A stretch of DNA of 63,661 nt, the filler included, from Bacteroidales bacterium (GTDB taxonomy: Bacteria > Bacteroidota > Bacteroidia > Bacteroidales > CAIWKO01): assembly GCA_035389045.1 (NCBI GenBank). It is 3 parts of 3 records of this genome, joined end to end, with 100 filler letters (N's around TTAATTAATTAA, not from the genome) between each part and the next. Parts side by side here need not be neighbours in the genome. Positions count along the whole stretch, not along the records: positions 52,784 to 63,661 come from DAOORA010000098.1; 2 more parts are not named here. One strand, written 5' to 3'. Positions 61,001 through 63,661 of this stretch are shown one piece after another. Position 1 is the first letter of the stretch, and the number at the start of each line of letters is the position of its first letter. Both the position numbers and the translations under genes were made by a program. The notes under the pieces are model-generated. The model was not told where the DNA came from and searched no databases. It was given only the letters and a program-made list of their open reading frames with translations.

Positions 61001-63561
61001 ACGACCACGGAGATCGCTTTCATTCGCAAACCGGATATTTACATGATGCGTTCATGACTGGCAACGGAGAAAGTTTCCCTGCCGGCACTCCGCATGTTTT
61101 TCCGCATAATGACGAAGGCATGGCCGGCCAGGTTGATGAAGGATGGTCCAGCGGAAACGACAACACCTATGGAAGCGACTGGTTTGATGACCTCGGCAAA
61201 GTACATTTTTCCATCAATGCCATTTATGAAGGCAAAGGCAAGGAAGGCCCGGTAGATATCAGCAAGGGCGGCTGGCTGGTGGTGGAAGAGATCTTCGGAG
61301 GCTCTCCCTGGGTTATTTTCTCTCATACCTTATCCGCCTTTGCCCAGGGGGTGGATATGTCCATTACATCAACACCCAGTCCGGCAGTGGTGAAAGTCGG
61401 CATTGACACCTGTTATATAAAACACAAAATAGAAGACCTCAACGAACCCCATGAGTTTGATGGTAATTTCGATCCTTATCACGTCAGTTACGGCTACGGC
61501 GATGTTTCCATTTCGACCTATGCCGGAGGCAAAGACCCGTGCAGCCTGATTAGCCCTTCTGTTAATTTGCCGGCCATTATTGATCCGTCATTCGATCATA
61601 AAACCCTGACTTTGGTTCCACTCGCTGACCCGTTGAATCCTGATCTCGCTGGTTTCCCCCAGACGGTCAGCGGAACTTTTGTCGAAGCGATGATAACCGT
61701 GGTCAACGGCACCGGAGACAACTGGATCGATACACGGCTCACCCCGGTGATACCTGCTGAATTAGGCAGCACCCATGTCGTTATGAAGTATGTGGCTTAT
61801 CCCAGGCCGCTGGTGCCTGCTGTTGCCGATCCCGCAACAGGCGCTGTGCTGCATTCCGGCGACCAGGTGGGATCATTTACTGCCGGATGGCGTTTCAACC
61901 AGCCCGACGGAGAAGTACTTGTCAAAATGGGCGACACACTGAACCTTTTGCAGCCCACGCGCAGAGCTTATTTCATGTTCCTGATCGATGTGGATGAAAC
62001 CCTTCCCCCGGGAATATACAGCATACCCTTTACGATCACCGGCACCAAAGTTCATTATACAGGAGCTAATAACGGAAATGTCAGCTATCCTGTTCCGCAA
62101 TTGCAATTCAGCATCACTCCGAAAACCAGTACGGGCAACATAGTGAATTTTCAGAAACTGGTCATCGGAGAAGGCGATCTCACGGATATTACAGTAAATA
62201 CAACACCTGAATTCAAAGGCCTGGAACATGTGAAATGGTCGGTCAACGATGTCAATCATACTGATTTTTCATCCCTGACGCAAACGCTGCCGGCAACCTA
62301 CAGCCAGGGAAGCAGCACCGAAGTGATCGACATGAGCACATTTACGGATTTTCCTTCGGCCGATACAACCAAAATATATATTCTTGAACAGGGACAGGTC
62401 AATTCCACATACGCACCCGTTGGTGAAGACCTTGACATCAGCACGGAAGAAAAACTGAACTTTCAGTATTCAAATGCCAACTATTATACCACTGATGGCA
62501 AAGTCAGTGTTGTGCCTATCGGACCCAAGATTTATATCAGTAAAAAAATATATAGTGTCAACGGCGTGCCTGTCGGCGACAATGATTCGATTGCCTTCAG
62601 TCCCGATACTTCACTTAGCATTGTAGCTTTGATCACTTCTTATAATATCGGCAGCGATATTGCCATGAATACCAAGCTTGATATCATGAACGGCAAGGCC
62701 TATTATGTGCTGACCGACAGCCTGCCTGCAAACTGCTCCTATTCACAACCGGTAACCACGGCACTGATGGGGTCTTATGTTCCGGGGCAGAAAAAAGAAC
62801 TTTATATTCATTATATACTCGACGAACGTATCTGTGATTCCGTAATTGACGTGCTCAAACTGATAGCTCAGATTGATATTTCCTACAGTGGCCAGTTCAC
62901 TTCGGAATATTATAATTACCCCGATTCCTCATTGCTGCTATTCCCTGCATCAGATATCAATATGTTTGATCTGTCAACCGATAAAACAACGGTCTCGAAA
63001 GGCGAAGTGGTCAGTATTACGGTTCATGCCGAAAACAGTGGTAAAGCAGTGAACAATGTATGGCTAAGGGTATATGCGATACTTGGAACAGACACCGGCA
63101 AGATCGGGGAAAATCACTATGACCAGATACTTGCACATGAGGTTATTACTTATACCCTGCCTTATACCATCCCGGAAAATGCTTATTCGGTCATCATCTA
63201 TTCAAAAATTGTTTCCCTCGACTCCTGCGAAGTATGCATCAATAACAACGACAGGAACACCCGGCTGATCATACGGGAAGTCCCCTGGATCAACAATGTA
63301 TATGCAAGCCCCAACCCGTTTGGCAAAGAGATTGGTTTTTATTATGAACTGGGAAGGGATATGGCAGAAATTTATTTCGATATTTTCACCTCCGAAGGGA
63401 AAAAAGTAGCTCACATCGGTGATTGTCCATCATCAACCGGCACACATTCCGTGAATTGGGATACCAATGATGTCGGGCCGGGAATATATTACTTCAGGAT
63501 CACGGGCATGGATATAGATAGCAAAACCCATGAGTATGCTGATAAAATAATGAAAAAATAA
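58003..63561 (+). CDS. 1852-aa T9SS type A-sorted protein of unknown function
   Basis: Signal peptide; DxDxDG-type loops; DUF11/CARDB-like Ig segments; C-terminal YASPNPF...DIFTSEGKKV...WD...PGIYYFRI. Confidence 0.85.
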   Translation: MIKLKYTLIAICFTLMTNAAFPQGVIIPTGNTQADFLKAYKLVFEKCDQDFRMAGNMDSLLFPKFGEFSVYWADAGADKGSFVLPQALPAGYASVTANSYTAYNWQAGDHYALQFKRGQKPIALFRSSILQNNLSISWESMYFKNSFDTYLYDNMYYYVDEHTFDNSYLSANTKLLILPSFMIDGTNTAHFMDSVISASPNMKAKIDTFLSKGGTVYAEGNAVYLIEKLGFLSPGAVNFSSFVNADLSTNLVEINVTSSSNPIGYTTNATGNFLYASSIPEVNPGSAEVVARLSVNAAPAIFVLKGAQAGGGRIICNLGLPTVGGNSEILNGSRQLQWTFNTLLYALSNNIDVTRSVFNDLPNGVIAGKNAIPYDKVDTFEVRIKIRNLSSAAVSGIKINENIGTYFSFVDVTTPGSTFTLTGNNLEFSGINMPAWSESVIVYRLKTPPLNSQVHADIDNYIAWSTYINTSVNSTRYDDTGGKHFYNKYRAYADVMFSADIAADADLNWKNFLGIFYQPFKVFMIMENKERTPAQQTQYVQYIPKDVPFYWVDHSLNIPVLKTPGGKFVDVLKGSNNQGIPDYDMSDNGHPDAWLDTASIYPKGYILTEDSVYWQNPWHRLATGDSVPYFEDIDHDGVRAQDLNNDGIPEIDEPGDKIRVWKVTWNINQVAGHQVFDPYCSYEIWVDPPDLVKMAAGVGHVYGSLTDSVPGMFYPYSPVLNNPNLTDTSWTYWMDRDSNGQIKWTQLIYQSINNYEGYTFIDTAAIHYHLLPTDSCAGTVPQPHNEFIAVLSMGGEEIDMQNPTPFRSNYSNIDYKTIFNEAKKTPIRTTYTYYAPLPNPLQFEYLTNNFIIKDSLNNTLQTLPSKGKAYITYDVDASTEYSYYWIRNAGHDVDFNDLSLAAEGIEELGDGVFGYLVYDIPKGFSDYKITLPTLNDGSYDINSIVQVDGQAYTQWISNPNTPDSISIWEDDFRYHIHIPQLLIPPALCDKNGDGIDDWIDDHGDRFHSQTGYLHDAFMTGNGESFPAGTPHVFPHNDEGMAGQVDEGWSSGNDNTYGSDWFDDLGKVHFSINAIYEGKGKEGPVDISKGGWLVVEEIFGGSPWVIFSHTLSAFAQGVDMSITSTPSPAVVKVGIDTCYIKHKIEDLNEPHEFDGNFDPYHVSYGYGDVSISTYAGGKDPCSLISPSVNLPAIIDPSFDHKTLTLVPLADPLNPDLAGFPQTVSGTFVEAMITVVNGTGDNWIDTRLTPVIPAELGSTHVVMKYVAYPRPLVPAVADPATGAVLHSGDQVGSFTAGWRFNQPDGEVLVKMGDTLNLLQPTRRAYFMFLIDVDETLPPGIYSIPFTITGTKVHYTGANNGNVSYPVPQLQFSITPKTSTGNIVNFQKLVIGEGDLTDITVNTTPEFKGLEHVKWSVNDVNHTDFSSLTQTLPATYSQGSSTEVIDMSTFTDFPSADTTKIYILEQGQVNSTYAPVGEDLDISTEEKLNFQYSNANYYTTDGKVSVVPIGPKIYISKKIYSVNGVPVGDNDSIAFSPDTSLSIVALITSYNIGSDIAMNTKLDIMNGKAYYVLTDSLPANCSYSQPVTTALMGSYVPGQKKELYIHYILDERICDSVIDVLKLIAQIDISYSGQFTSEYYNYPDSSLLLFPASDINMFDLSTDKTTVSKGEVVSITVHAENSGKAVNNVWLRVYAILGTDTGKIGENHYDQILAHEVITYTLPYTIPENAYSVIIYSKIVSLDSCEVCINNNDRNTRLIIREVPWINNVYASPNPFGKEIGFYYELGRDMAEIYFDIFTSEGKKVAHIGDCPSSTGTHSVNWDTNDVGPGIYYFRITGMDIDSKTHEYADKIMKK

Positions 63562-63661
63562 TGATTTCAGGGCTGCCCTGACAAGAGTTTCATCGGTCTG
63601 CCTCCACGCTCACTGAATTAATGTCACCCCTCCGGTATAGGTTTTATACCCGTCGATGTTG

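Overview
Bacteroidota-type genomic DNA (T9SS sorting domains, TAnnTTTG promoter elements, split atpD-atpC operon). It consists of three contigs joined by artificial N-TTAATTAATTAA-N linkers (1-26346, 26447-52683, 52784-63661), so adjacency across the linkers is not biological. Contig 1 carries secreted repeat proteins and a minus-strand sugar cluster: GT-C transferase, rfbF-rfbG-rfbH, NeuB-like synthase fused to a sugar-isomerase cupin, HAD phosphatase, YerE-like ThDP enzyme, SDR, NUDIX, B12 radical SAM, C-methyltransferase, radical SAM/SPASM, GtrB, GtrA. It continues with fbaA, atpC, a four-helix-bundle insert, atpD, ribF and an LRR protein. The best candidate for an undescribed system is this cluster, which looks like a GtrABC-type lipid-linked glycosylation system with its own pathway to a long-branch, probably C-methylated 3,6-dideoxy sugar (caryophyllose/yersiniose-like logic). 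Contig 2 has a PKD-like repeat adhesin and a wzm/wzt polysaccharide locus with gmd, fcl, a GT10 fucosyltransferase, a phosphatase/nucleotidyltransferase/racemase/methyltransferase cassette, a sulfotransferase-like gene, duplicated mosaic MBOAT-SGNH pairs and an aminotransferase/acyltransferase pair. It is interrupted by an AbiEii-type TA pair, an AAA ATPase, a FISUMP gene and nested palindromic repeats that show filled and empty insertion sites. Contig 3 has large T9SS proteins, a PID-CTERM-like microprotein and an outer-membrane barrel. No rRNA, tRNA, CRISPR array, transposase or reverse transcriptase was recognised. All family calls are from motif reading, not database searches.
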